NCBI GenBank assembly: GCA_023213395.1
Contig: CM041465.1
Coordinates: 211,427,741-211,491,740, forward strand
From: Cycas panzhihuaensis
Taxonomy: Eukaryota; Plantae; Cycadophyta
DNA length: 64,000 nt
Reading direction: 5' to 3'
Shown: positions 13,900 through 27,655 of the stretch, piece after piece
Layout: each line of letters starts with the position of its first letter
How positions within the stretch are numbered: the first letter of the stretch is position 1
Notes under the pieces: generated by a model
Seen by the model: the letters and a program-made list of their open reading frames with translations, nothing else
What the model was told of the DNA's origin: nothing
Database searches by the model: none
Translations under genes and position numbers: made by a program

Positions 13900-16420
13900 T
13901 TATAAATACACAACATTGTGTATCATATTATATCATGTTGTAATGATGTTCTGTTAATACAATGGAGGTACCTTAAGGGTACCATTCGATCATAGAGGTA
14001 TGTTTGTTCTATTTGTGAATATCTTATTGTAGGTTATGTTTTCCAACATGGTATCGAGCAACTAGGTTGAGAGAGGTGTTTTTTTCATTATCGGGCGATG
14101 ATTTGGGAGGTGTCATCAAGGGTTGAAAGCATATCCAAGAGAATAAGCGATGAAATTTTTGAAAATTAATAGCAAAATTGAAACGAAATGGCTAGTTCTA
14201 TAAATTTTGAATGGTCACACTATAGATTTTGGGGTGAAAGTGTAAAAATTGTAGCAAAATTAATTTTGGCCTGCTATTTTCTCGCCATATTTTTGGGACA
14301 AATCGCAACCTCAACTTTAAAGAGCCATAACTTTAGCTACAAGTATCCAAATAACTTCATTTTTTTTTTATTACATGTATTTTTTTAATTTAATTTCTAA
14401 TGGAAATATTTGAGGTTCATCGAGTTTAGAGTGAAAAGTTATTAGTAGTTTATCATAAGGTATTATCACAATCCCTAAAAATCCTAATTGTGAAATACTT
14501 AAAGGGGCATAACTTTTGATCTAATATCAAAATTCAATTTAGTCTAAACCATTAGAATCATATTTAAGAGGTCATTATTTCTATCCATATTTTATGTATT
14601 TTGGATCTATACATTTTTTCATAAATAAGTTTTTGAAAATTTAAGGGTTTCATATTATACTTTTCTTGGTCACAAAACCATTGCTCTTGGGGCCCAATAT
14701 ATCTATTATACATATATATTATTGGAAAAGGATGATACTTTTGGATGATGTGAATGAGGTGATACTTGTGGATATTGATGATGCATCTTTCATTTATTAA
14801 AAGGGTCTTGTTTTGATAATGAAGCATGAGTTTGTTATATGATGGTGATTTGTTGACAATATTTAAGGCATGGATATGGTGCTCTCTTATATGTATTTAC
14901 ATGAGAAAGTTTATAGGCAAGAAATAACACGATTAATGGGTGAGATTAGGTAATTATAGGTTTTCTTGTATGTAATTTACATGAGAAAATAAGTTAGGTG
15001 ATGGTGCAATATGAGGTGACTATTTGAGGCTATCTTGCATATGTTGTATATGGGAAAGTATTTTTCTAATGTGAGATGACTTTAAGTCATGTTGATACGA
15101 GTATTTGACACTCTATTGGTGATTTGAGGTGCATGATTGTGATTATTTTTAGTACTTTCTTACATGTGCTTGTATGAGAGAGTTATTATGACAATGACAT
15201 AGTATAGTGATGAAGTGATAGTGCATGTGTTTGCATGAATGAGTTGGACGACATATGGCAATTTAATATTCATTAGAATATGATTAATAAGAAAAAGCTT
15301 TATGGGCATGATAAGGCAAATTTGAGGTCAAGAAAAATGGTGATTTGAGGCAATGAGATGCTTGTTACATGGGAGGTTCTTGATATGTTTTAAGGCTAAG
15401 TTTCTAAGATTTGATGATGTGTTTATTAATTGACTGAATGGGCAAAGAAGGATGAATTAAGTTGCAGGGAAGCAAACTTTGTTGAGTGGTGTAGTGGAAT
15501 GAGTTGTGTTTTTAAGGAATTAAGTGAAGTGTGATGTTCCTTAGTGATTTAATCTTGATGTGAGTGTGCATGATTCTCGTGAGATGTATGTGGCTTAGGC
15601 ATTGATTTGGTGGTGAAGAGTGAGTTCGGATACTTATTATATGTATTTGTTTGACAATATGAGAGATATATAAGGTAATGGTGTGATGATAAAATTAATG
15701 GTGTGAGAGATGTAAGACATAAGAAATTTTGTTGAGAGTAATCAATAGGCAAGTTACTAATGATAAGTGAGTTTGTTGATTGAAAATGGCATTTATAATC
15801 ATGGAGGAAAGTGATGTGATTGTGTGTATTCCTGAAACAAATGAATACTACTTAAAGGATTCATTTCTTCCAATACCTAAGTGTAATGGAGAAGACTACT
15901 TTTTTTTTACGATTAAAATGAGATGCTTTTCATAGTTAGAGGTTTGTGGATGATTGTTACTAATAGATATGTTATTCCAAAGGATGAAGAAGAAAAAGAA
16001 ATGCTTGAGAATAAAGAGAAAGTCATTCATTATGATTCGTGCTACATTCAATAAGGTTGATCTTCCTTCTAAATATCATTTTATCATTCCTATGATTCTA
16101 TATGCAAGTAGTATTAAAGAAGCTTGGGATTTTCTAAGGAAGTATTTAAATAAACTCTTAAACAAACATGACAAATGATTGAAAAGGTAATTAAAGTCGG
16201 TTATGGTTATGGTACAGTGCAATGAATAAAGAAAATATCAACAACACTGATGAAATGACATGTCAGGATGAAGAATGTATGAGTACTGACGAAACTTCTA
16301 CTAAATATAAAGAAACAATGGTTGAATACATTGATAAGACTTCAACTCTTGATGAAGACATTGAAGGTGATGAGTTGATAAAGGTTTATATAAATGACAC
16401 CATGATTTTAAGAACCAATC
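13900..16420 (+). mobile_element. 5' part of a Copia-like element: LTR end, PBS, long leader, degenerate DUF4219-type gag with acidic tail
   Basis: ...TTTTCCAACA (14048) followed by PBS TGGTATCGAGC (14049-14059). gag ~15790-16200: PIPKCNGEDY..IKMRC...RGLWMIVT, ASSIKEAWDFL. Acidic ORF at 16222-16425. Confidence 0.7.
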
Positions 16421-19400
16421 TTTGAGTCAAGGTTGACAAGGAAAATTACGAAGTTACCTCTTCCATAATAGCAAAAGCCTCTAATAAAGCTGATGGTGAT
16501 GTTTATTTAGCAACCTCAGGTAAGTTGTCAAATGTTGAGTCTTAGTTAATTGACTTTGGTATTTCATTTCATGTTACTCCCTATAAGAAGTGGTTTTGTA
16601 AATCCAAAATATTAATAGAGGTGAAGTATTTCTCAAGAATTATTACCTATATAAAATTATGGGTTGTGAAAGGGTAAAGGTTCGGTTTAGAGATGGAAGG
16701 TTTAAAACTATCCTTAATATAAGTCATATTCCTAGTTTGGCTATGAGGCTATTATCTATTAGTCAATTGGGTGATGTAAGAATATAAGTGATTTTCAATA
16801 AAGATAGTTACATAATGGTTCGAGAAGCATTGGTGCTAATAAGAGGGTCCGATTTGGAAATCTATACAAACGATACGAGAATAGTATGTGTTGGTAGGTG
16901 TAGTCTAACTATTACGTAAAGTAGCAATAATATAGATAATACCTAACATTAGAGAGAAAGTCTTCTATGATTTATTCTCTAAAGGTATATTAGAAAATAT
17001 CTCTAGAATTAATAGCTCATTTGATTTTGATTTTTGTCAAGATTGTGTGTGTATAGAAAATAGAATTGGGTCAATTTTCCTTTAAACTCAAAGAGAGCAA
17101 AAATATTCTATAATTAATGCAATTGTGATGTTTTTGGACCTATTGATGTACCTCATTAGATGGGTCCAAGTACTTTATCTCATTCATAGATTATTTCTTA
17201 AGAAAAATATAGTTGTACTTTCTTAAGCAAAAATCGAGGTCTTTAGTAAATTCAAAGAATTTAAGGCTTTATTCAAGAATCAGAGTGATAAGTGGATCAA
17301 GGTATTAAGGACTGATAATAGAGCTGAGTTTTACTCAAAGGAGTTTGAGCAGCCTGTAAGTAGTATGAAATAGTAAGGATGAAGAAAATTCCTATACGCT
17401 ATAACAAAATGGAGTTACTAAAAATATGAATAGGATCTTACTATAGAGATCGAGAAGTATGCTCAATGCTACCTTGGTTTAGAGAAGAAATTCTAGACCG
17501 AGGTTATGATGACTATAAGTAACTCGATAAATAAATTACCAACAACCGCCTTAGTATAGAAAGAACCTAAAGAAGTATAGTCTAGTAAGAAACCATCTCT
17601 TGGCCATCTTAGAGTTTTTAGTTATGAAGCTTTAGTATATATTCTTAGACTACGAGGACTAAGCTTGATTTTAAAGCATACAAGACTATTTTTATTGGAT
17701 ATGGTGATGGTGTTAAATGGTACAAGATTTATAACCTTGAAACATAAAAATTGTGTATAGCCACAATGTTGTCTTTAGAGAGGAGTTCAATTCACTAAAA
17801 CAAGATAAAGAACCAAAGGAGGGAAACTCTAAGAAGGTACAATTTGAGATAAGGGATGAAGATTCTACATCAAAATATATATTAGCTAAATAGAAAGGAT
17901 TAGCTATAGAGGTTACTCAATCTTAAGAACCCCACATCTTTAGAAGATCAACTCATGAGAGAAGACATCCTGATAGATATATTCCTGAAGACTTTCATCA
18001 CTCCTCTTTTATTTTATCTACTATAGATAATGATCTAGGTACTATTTAAGAGGCTTTAGAGTTAAAAGAGAGCTACCTTTAAGTGAAGGCCTTTGAAAAA
18101 GAAGTGATAGCCTTGGATAAAAGTAACACATGGGATTTGATGGATTTATCTAATGATAAAAACCTACTAATAATAAATGAATCTTCAAGAAGAAGTTCCA
18201 AGCAGATCGTACTATAGAAAAGTATAAGGCCCACTTGGTAGCAAAGGGGTATTCCCATGTCAATGGAATATATTTTGGTGAGGTATTTTCTCCTATTGCA
18301 AAATTAGCTCTAATTAGATTTTTGTTTATTGTAGTGATTGTCTATGACCTTGAGGTGGATCAAATGGATATGAAGACTACATTTCTTTACAGTGCCCTCT
18401 AGGAAGAAATTTATATATTATAGTCTGAAGGGTTTGAAGTTGTAGGAAAGGAGAATATGGTGTACAAGTTGAAGAAGTTATTATATGGTAAAAATAATCA
18501 CCAAAGATGTGGTATCAAAATTTGATTCACATATATTGGTAGATGTCTTTATGCACAACAAAGTAGATTATTGTGTCTATTATAAAGAGGTTGGTGATTA
18601 CTTTATTATTTTGGATTTATATGTTGATGATATACTATCGGTTGGTAATGATAAAGAAATGAACCAACTTATAAAAGACCAACTAGCATCTCATTTTAAG
18701 ATGAAGGACCTCAATGCTATATATTTTATTTAAGGTGTTGAGATTAAAAGAAATATCATGAGCATAGTGGCCTCTTATAGATCGTTAATTATATAGATCT
18801 CTTGAATAGGATAAAATTAGGACCCTTTTTGTCTAATCATGGGTGTAGTGAGAATTATAGGTGGAATTTGACCATCACCAATTGGCCCCATAAGGGAAAC
18901 AATGATAGTAATGTAGGATCTAAGCCATAAAAGAAATAAAACCTTGAATAGAAAGAAATAGGGTGTGTTAGAGGATACTCAAGGTACAAACGAGATGGAT
19001 GTTTATTTCTATATAAATTGAAGAAGTCACAATTGTTACTCATGAGGCACATCCCTTTCCTAAGCATAGCAAAGGGAAGGTTGTACCTTTACTTCATGTA
19101 GCAAAGGGAAGGGACGAACTCTAAACAAGTGTAGAAGAAACAAGAAGATTTGGCTTACCCAAAGGTGGTACATTGAGATAATACTATAATAGTTCAAGTT
19201 GCAAGATAGTAAACTAGATAATATTCCTCTTCTTGTTGGTTTAAAATTATTACCTAAACAATGCCTAAAGGATCACCAAGAAGTTAAAGACATAGTATTT
19301 ATCCCTTATGTTAATGTTGTTGGTAGCCACGATGTATGCGATGGTTTGCACTCGACCGGACATTGTCCATGCAATGGGAGTAGTTAGCGGTATATGTTAA

Positions 19401-20407
19401 ACCGAGGTAGGGAGTATTAGGTGGTTGTGAAAAATATTTTTAAGTATCTATAGGGTACATTAGACTATTAAATTTTATACTAAGTAGATCCTATGGAGAG
19501 TAGAATAGTAAACCTAAGAGGATCTATTGATGTCGATTGGGCTAGAGATCTTAATAACATAAGATCTATAAGTGGGTATGCTTTACCCTTTGTGGTAGTG
19601 AGATTGACTACATGAGCAAAAGATAGCAAGTTGTGGCACTTTCTAGCATAGAAGTAGAGTATATGGCATATTCATGCATGTAAAGAAGTGGTTTAGTTAG
19701 AGGTCATGTTTAAATATTGGTTTCAAGCAAGATGCTATGAGAATAGATTGTGATAGTCAAAGTATAATCTACTTAGTGAAGAATCCTATATTTCATGCTC
19801 GGTCAAGCATATTGATGTGTAATTCTATTTTGTGAGAGAAATAGTTCAAGATCATAAGGTAGACTTGAAGATTGCTACATAAGAGAATAATGCACCCATT
19901 AACCAAGATTATTAGCACAAAAAATTCAAGTGATATAGAAAGGCATTGGGTGTTTATGATTTTGGCATTAAGTAGATGTGTATACATGTTTCTTATAAAG
20001 TGTTCAATAAGTGGGAGATTATTAGATATATTAAACACTTTGTAAGTGTTACATGGATATATGCACTACACCCAAGCCCCTTTATGGGGTGTCTTATAGG
20101 GTCTTTTAACCTATAATTGATGCCCATTATATTGTAAAATTATAAGGTAGTATCTTGTAAAGTTGTACCTATATATTCTTATGTAATAACATATGTAAAG
20201 GTTAGATGAGTCTTTGATAAGTCAATGAGAAGAGTTGGGGTTTTCATCTCTATAATTTTTAGCTATTGTTCAAATTAATAAAAATATATGCTTAGACCTA
20301 AATCTCTTAGTGTTCTTTATTGTGTGCTTAGTTTGTTTATATTATTTGTTCTTTGCATGGTTTATAGTTACATTAATACATTGCTTTTGTAGTTACTTTT
20401 CTCTACA
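16421..20407 (+). mobile_element. Degenerate Ty1/Copia (Tnt1/Tork-like) pol with PPT and 3' LTR
   Basis: Protease S*LIDFGISFHVTP ~16540, integrase (DVFGPID, LRTDNRAEF, QNGV), RT (KAHLVAKGYSH, QMDMKTTFL, LYVDDIL ~18617, MKDLNA), RNase H (DVDWARDL, KNPIFHARSSILM). PPT AAGTGGGAGA ~20009-20018. 3' LTR ~20020-20407 ending TTTTCTCTACA. Confidence 0.92.
18754..19127. mobile_element. ~374-bp insertion (probable solo LTR) inside Copia RT
   Basis: Interrupts GVEIKR.../RRNKKIWL, which is contiguous in the paralog at ~29810-29856. Termini TATCATG...CTAAACA. Internal duplication of TAGCAAAGGGAAGG. Confidence 0.75.
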
Positions 20408-20699
20408 TCCATATGCTTGCAATGTTTCTATCGCATGCATAATATCTTGTCCTTCATGTTGAGAATGAAGGAGAGGATAGTTATATTATGTCATTGAGTG
20501 TTTTGTGCATTTTCTTCTCTTATTTTTCTTTTTTATTATATTTTTATACATATTAATCAATCCATCTTAGGTGCTCCATAAGAGGAAGCCATTCAAATAA
20601 ATTAAAAGTAGAAAAACTCCTATATCCTAGGGCATTCTAAATAAACAACTATGAAATAATTAGGAATTAAAAAAAAAAAAATCAAGTATAAAAGAGAAC

Positions 20700-23600
20700 T
20701 AAATATCCTCTGGTTGGCCACAACTACCAACAATATCTATAATAGAAAGGATTTTCCAATATAAACTAAAGACCAACTTGTGTTTGCATTACCCAAATAA
20801 ACTCCTATCCAATGAATGGTTAATGATATATCTTGAGTCTATATTTATTAACAAGAAGTTATTGTTTAAGAATATCTATTATTTGATGTTTGACAATACC
20901 ATTATCAAAGACCTACAACACTTTGTGAGGTCCAAGACAATGGTGTTAGAATTTACTTAAAAATCCTCATAATAAGAATTGAATAATAATGCCCAATATC
21001 TTAGTGTAACTTCCTTTCCTTAAGAAAGTTGCCATGCCATTATTTTTATTGTTATTACACCACTCTTTTCACTAAATTCCTTGCTCTCTAATCTCATCAG
21101 TTCATGAATATCCATAATTCTCTACCTTTAGGCCTTTATCAAATCCATATCTAATTTTCTACCATGCGCAAGGTTTTGATTTCTAGCTTAATCAATATGA
21201 TTGTATGCTTCCCATATACCAATTTGAAGGGGGTATATCTAGTTATCATATTCCACATCATATAATATGCCCATATTGCATTAGGAAATTATTCCCCTAA
21301 TCTCTTCAATGCAATTGGATAGATTTTATTGTAAATTTTTCCGATTCTCAATTTATCATTCCTACCCATCCATTGGCTTACAAATAGTATGGTATCAATT
21401 TAATATGTTTGACTTGGTATTCTTTTGTTAATTTGGAAATGACCTTATTAAAAATGGCTTGCCCCTATCATCGACCAATTCATGAGGGGCTCCATACCTT
21501 GTAAATAATTCTTTATACAAAAGGATTATGATATTCTTTGAATCAACATTATAAAAGGATCCCATCTCACCTATTTAGTTATATAATCTATGTATACAAT
21601 AATATGTTGATCTCCTTTCCTTAATGATAGGTGGATGGGCCCTACAAAGTTAATCTCCCACTTATCAAATGGCTCTACAACAAGGTCTTGAAGGTTTTTC
21701 ATTCTTTTGACATGTATCACACCGCAAATATATGACTTCACATCCTTATGTAATGAGGACCAAAAGTAGCTTATTTTTAAGATATTATATGTTGTCTTTT
21801 AATTCAAAATGGCCCCATAAGGCACATCATGAGCTACTTTCAAAATGTCAAAACATTCATCCTCTCATACACACCTATAAAAATGTTATTGAATCCAACT
21901 TTATATAATTTTTTCACAAGCCAAGTATATGGTAAGTTGATTTTTACCAATCTTTGTTATTCTTTCTTCAAAAACAAAGGTAAAATTATCATGATAGCCA
22001 CATAATTTATACTATCAATAGACCATAGTATGTGTGTGTAGAGATTACAAATAAATGCTTGTTCTAAAAAATCTTCTACTTAAGCACCATCTTTTGAGAT
22101 TTATATAAACCTAGACAAGTGTCTAGCAATGACATTTGCTTTTCCTAGCTTATCTACTATTTAAAAATTAATTTCTTAACAATGACAACCAATGAATAAT
22201 TTATGTATTATTAGTAGCTTTATTCATAAAACACTTAATACTAGTATGATCAAGATGGACTATGGATTAAAGCCACAAACCTAATATCAAGTTTCTTTTA
22301 ATGCAAAAGTGACTACCAAAAATTCTTTCTCTATTACTATGTTGTTGATCTATACTCTATGAAGTGATCTACTAGTGAAATAGATAAGGTGTTCCTTCCC
22401 ATCATCAAACCATGACAACGTTACTCTCAAAGTTGTATCTAGGGTGTCGATGTGTATATGAAATGTCTTGGACAAATTGGGCCCTCGAGTCGTGGGGGCT
22501 TGCATCAATTGCCCTTTCAAATTTTACAAGGCTCTTGTACACATTATTCTATTAAAAAGAATATCATTTTAGAGGAAACTATGCAACATAATAACTATCT
22601 TTCTATAATCTTTAATAAAGCATTTGTAATAGCCTACATGCCCGAAACCCTATTAATTCTTTGTGTGTTTAGTGAAAAGGAAGTTGTTGAATTACCTTGA
22701 TTTTTCCTAGATCAACTTCAATTCCCATTTCTAAACTAATGTGTCCTAATACAAGGCCCTTTTATACTATGAACTTGCTTTTGTCACTACTTAAGTAAAT
22801 ATTTGTTTGCTTACACTTCAAACACCTTAGTTAATCTTTTAGTTACCTCCTCAAATGTGATAGTATAAATTAAAAATCATTCATGTAACCCTTAATAAAC
22901 TCATGGATAAAGTTAGAAGATATACCAACCATTGCTCGTTGAAAGTTGTAGGTGCATTATAGAGATTGAAAGGTAGCACTCTATATATAAAATCCCCTAT
23001 GAACATGTAAAAGTAGTCTTATATTAATCTTCTAGGGTGATTAGTATCTGGTTATAACTAGAAAACCCATCAAGGAAGGAATTATTTTTTTCCCTACAAG
23101 TTTGTCCAACACTTAATCAATAAAGGAAATGGGAAAGCGATCTTTCCTTATTGCCTTGTTCAACTCCTATTATCAACACATATTTATTATTTTTCTCTAC
23201 CTTTTGGGACCACCACCAAAGAGAAACCCATCAACTATTGAAAATAGGATAAATTAATTGAGTATCCAACAACTTTTTCATGTCTTACTTAATGGTTTGT
23301 AGCTTAGTTGGATTAAGTCATCTTTGAAGTTATTTCATTAGAATACGCTATCCTCCATGAAATTGTAATGCTAATACAATGAAGGATTTATTCCTTTAAA
23401 TCTTCATACAATCAAGTAAACATATCTAAAATGAGGTGAGTGCATGTTGTAACTTTGCTTGTTCTTCCTTTATGTACCTTATTCTAATATGCAACGTTTT
23501 AATTTTTAAGAAAACCATTAGGTATATCTTGATCTCCTCATTGTCTTTCTCATTTATATCATTCATTTCTATTTCAAAGACACACAAAGATACAAGTTAC

Positions 23601-25418
23601 TTTCTAACCCTATTTTCTTTACCATTAGTTTCTAATTCATTGTGTGTCCTCTACCCTACTTTTATATCTATCTAAGCCTGTGGTTTTTCTATGTACTAAC
23701 CCATTCCCAAGTGTTGGCATATGGTTTTACTTCATTCCATTTCATTATAAAAACTTGTATTCATTGAGGTCTTCATCTTTATCATTAGAATTAATCCATT
23801 CTAATTTCTTTTAAACTTATGTTGCTTTTGATATTATATGAGGTGTTACTATAAAAGAGACATAGCTCATATTTTCTCACCATTGCCTATCATCATTTTC
23901 TTTAATTGAAACATTATAATTTTGTCCCTTATTTCCAACCAAGGTTAGCTAAAATTATTGGGTAGCCTTTAGTATACCCCTTGGGTTGGACAATCATAAA
24001 GTCTACTAGAAAATTCTAGTTATATACTTGGACAAAATATCCATCAAAATGCCTTTGGGTGTACCATTGATCTATTTTCCACATAAAGTACTATGGGTTG
24101 GTCGATACCTTTGAGATTAAGGTATTGCATGGTTTGTAATGTTATCAAATTTATTCCTACTCCTAAATCTACAAATGCTTGTTTCAATTTAGTCCCCTAA
24201 TTATAATGTTGACCTTTGAGCTACCTAGATTACCATATTTCATATGAAACCTTTTACCTTGAATTAGGTTAGATATCATCCTCACAAAAGTAATTAACTT
24301 TGGTTCCCACTTATTTTTATTCTTCAAGCCTAAGCATAGGTCCTTAGCATGCTTCACATAGATTGGGGTATCTTAGATAGCCTACAACAATGGTATATAA
24401 ATGTATACATTCTCAAGTTCTTACTTGAAGTCATAGGAACCTTGGGGTTAATGTTAGATTTCGCTTCAACTTGGTAGGATATGGTACTTACTTATTTGTT
24501 TGCTTCTTTGCATCATACTAATCTATACCATGGTTTAGTGTTGAATCTTTTGTTCTTCCTCAATATATTCTTGTAATGGCTACTCTATTAACAACTTCTC
24601 CAATCCTATTTCTCTAGTTTGGAAACTTTACATAGTTGTGTGCAAAATTGGGTTTAAATCCTATCACAATGAATAATTCTATATTATTTGTTATGGGTGT
24701 CCTTCTATAGAACAGTAGATATAGGCAGCATTTTATATTTTATGTTTTATTCCTCCTTCATTTTGAATAGCTTGGGTGGGTAGAGTTAATAATGAGGGTA
24801 TATTATAGGGTGGAGTATTATAATTTACAAGAGTTTCTTTACAAAAATTATAACCTAAATTATTATTAAATTATTGTCCCATGAATCTATTTTGTAAATT
24901 TAATTAGGCACTAAATGGTTATTGAAAATTATAATGAAACTATTATTATGAGTTTTAAAATTCTTGTTGTTAACCTAGAAATAAATTTTATGTACTATAA
25001 CATGGGTTTTAAGGGTATAAACAAGGGACATTTTATAGATATGTAGCAAATTTTCTAAAACCATATAAACATACTAGTTCTAAAATAATAAAAGATATGT
25101 TTTCACATAAAAATGAGACCACAAAAGATTATTGATATACCCTTGATGCAATAGTCTTTGTGGAATAAATGGGTACATTCTTAGATAAAATTATTGTAAT
25201 CTTATTTAACATTGAAATCCTAACTATTACCATTTCATGAGTCTTCTCTAGTCATGGACAAATGTGGCATGCATTACTTCTTCTTCCATCTCTACAACGC
25301 CTTCTTCTTATTGTATCTTATGACTCAATATTGTTACTAAAGGAGGTTTGTGTGGCTCCTTTTTTGCTTTATCTCTAAGCAAGTGAGTGTTGGGTTGAGC
25401 ATACTAGCTCTAATACTA
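20700..25418 (-). mobile_element. Degenerate Ty3/Gypsy non-chromovirus (Athila-like) pol and part of gag
   Basis: Minus strand: protease AFVDLGVGINLI ~24150; RT CVD.RELNKAIRKDRFPFPFID*VLD, LDGFSSYNQ ~23050, YMNDF ~22880; RNase H FHIHID ~22450; integrase EPFDKWEINFVGP ~21650 and ELFTRYGAPHELVDD ~21480. PBS-like AGCTCTAATACTA at 25406-25418. Confidence 0.88.
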
Positions 25419-25438
25419 ATTGTTGGAAAATAAATCAT

Positions 25439-25764
25439 AGCTTTGATACTATGTTAACAAGTGAATCTACTATACATAATAGATGAAAATGGTGAGTGAA
25501 TGATAAAGAAATAAAGCTTAAGAAAAATAAAGCATGTACATATTAATACAATAAAATAGAAGAATTTTTAAACTTAAATTAGAAATAAGGATGATGTACC
25601 ATATGTGTGTGAGAACCCTCATTGGCCAACTTGTTGTGGGTTGGCATATATTTTTGTGCAACACATAACTCAAGAATATCTCAAATATAAAATACAAATA
25701 AATCTAGAAAAGAGTGAATGGGGATAGATATATAAGTGGGCATTACACCCAACATTCTCCCTTA
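25439..25764 (-). mobile_element. ~303-bp LTR (25452-25754) with adjacent PPT and PBS
   Basis: On plus: AGCTTTGATACTA (reverse-complement PBS), TGTTAAC...CCCAACA, TTCTCCCTTA (reverse-complement PPT). Confidence 0.7.
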
Positions 25765-26189
25765 TAATAAATAATTACATAAAGTGAAATGCCACATCAA
25801 AAGTGTAATATCCGTGTCTTCAAATGAATGCTAGAACATAAGCTACTATAATGATATAACTGTTATTAATGTTTATACTAAGTGAACTACATCCACTAGA
25901 CTACATATGTAACCAACTCTTATGACTACGAGTTAGTTAGGTTGTTCCTTTGTATACATGGTACAATTAGCTTTAAGTCAACTTCACCTAGGGAACACAC
26001 CATCCTATATGAACAATAGGTAAGTCGATGAATAAATATATGAGTAATTAAAAGGGGTCCCACCTCTTGCCTATATAGGACAATATAAGTAGCTTCTTTA
26101 GCTACAATGGCAAAAACAAATGGCTTTAAGGCTTACAATGGTACTATAACCTTAAATTTACCATTATGGGCTCTAAATCATGTCTTGGT

Positions 26190-26280
26190 GGCCTACAATC
26201 ATGCTACTATAGGATTACGACATGCCACTATAGGCTTCATCACGCCATTATAGGCTTATAATAGCCTTTATGGGCTAAAG
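26190..26280. repeat. Degenerate ~20-21-bp tandem repeats (CAYGCCAYTATAGGCTT-like)
   Basis: catgctactatagga / catgccactataggc / cacgccattataggc / tagcctttatgggc. Confidence 0.7.
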
Positions 26281-27476
26281 AAGTCCAACAATAAATGTCA
26301 TAAACATGACTAAAAAGTAGATGTAATTAAAATACAATATAAATGACTCTCTCAAATAATAAATTTTAATGATTTTTAATAAATATTGATTCTCTAGAGC
26401 CTAAAATGAGCCTACATGACAAATTGTACATGTTACCCTCCCATTTAGGGTATATTATGTTAATACAATATACAACAAATCATATAGAACCTTGAAAATA
26501 CACACATGTGTGTGAAGATGCTAAAAAGAAGAAAAATAAAGTAAAAAAGGACTTTAAGTGAAAATATCCACATTAAATCGGCCCAAATGTTATTAAGTGA
26601 CCACCTAAAATGAAGCTCTTTTAGTTATGAACCTAAAACAACCGATGAGACTAGAAATAGAGTCTCTTAGCTCAAGTTATCACTAAAATAATGATGAGGA
26701 CTCTAGAATAATGAAGAAATGGGGGCTTAGCCTTTTTCCAACTAATGTGTCATTGTAAGTGTGCTCCATATGAACAAGGGCTACCGAGAGGGGATGGGTA
26801 GATTCTAAATAAATATTAAGTAAATGAAATGTTTTGCATTTGCAAAAGGATTAAATTAAAATCTATAAGAATTTTACATCTACCAAAGTTGAAAAATTAT
26901 ACGTCCACTAAATATTAATTAATTCTACCAAAATAAAAAATATTTAGGGTTTTGAAATGATGTTTTGCCATTTTATTTGTAGGTCCATGCTAAATATCCA
27001 TGGCAATGAGTAGGTAATGGTGTTTGTTTAGGAAGAATTGATCTTTATTGTCATGAAGAGCCTCGAGGAAAAAGAATTGGTCCTCCAATGTTGGGACAAG
27101 TTGAATGTCACAGAATCCACTATTCATATAAGCTATGTTATGGTTAACGACAATGACCCTTCTATATCCGACTAAACTTCTAATATTAGTTGTAGCGTAA
27201 ACAATGTTGACATTAAGTATCTTATGGGTGCCATAGATGATAAGCTTAAAATTCTTCCAAGTTCATAGTCAAGCTTGTTCCTTCTCTAAGGAAAACAACA
27301 CTAGTATGCTTTCAAAGACTCTAGTTAGTGATCTATTTAAGAGTTTTGGCTAGAAATTAAAGCCGAGGAGCTTTTATAACTCTACAAAGTTGATTGTTAG
27401 TATCTTATGGAGGAACAAGACATTGGCCTATTTAGTGATGGCATCTGTCAAGGCTAGTTGGCGAGGACTTTAAATA

Positions 27477-27655
27477 GGAGAAATACTTCCTCCTCTTACA
27501 CAAGCATCATAAGCTATTAACTTTTGACATCAATAAAGAGGTAGCATGGGTAATTTCTAATGCAACTTCGGTGGCACCAATGAATATATCAAGTATCTAG
27601 TAAACCAAGGATGCATTAAGCCATTATATAATCATTAATTTGCTCATACCCTTGA
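27477..27655 (+). pseudogene. IMPA: Importin subunit alpha gene fragment (C-terminal ARM-repeat region)
   Basis: From 27523 reads FDINKEVAWVISNATS(-1)GGTNEYIKYLVNQGCIKPLYNH*ICSYP, matching the plant importin-alpha motif FDIKKEAAWAISNATSGG..EQIKYLV.QGCIKPLCDLL.CPDP. Upstream GEILPPLTQ resembles ..IIPPLV. with a frameshift. Confidence 0.9.

Noticed and set aside
26640-26670. Hammerhead ribozyme/retrozyme candidate (CCGATGAGACTAGAAATAGAGTCTC)
   Set aside because: It forms a small GAGACT/AGTCTC hairpin, but the required GAAA after stem II and stems I/III are missing.
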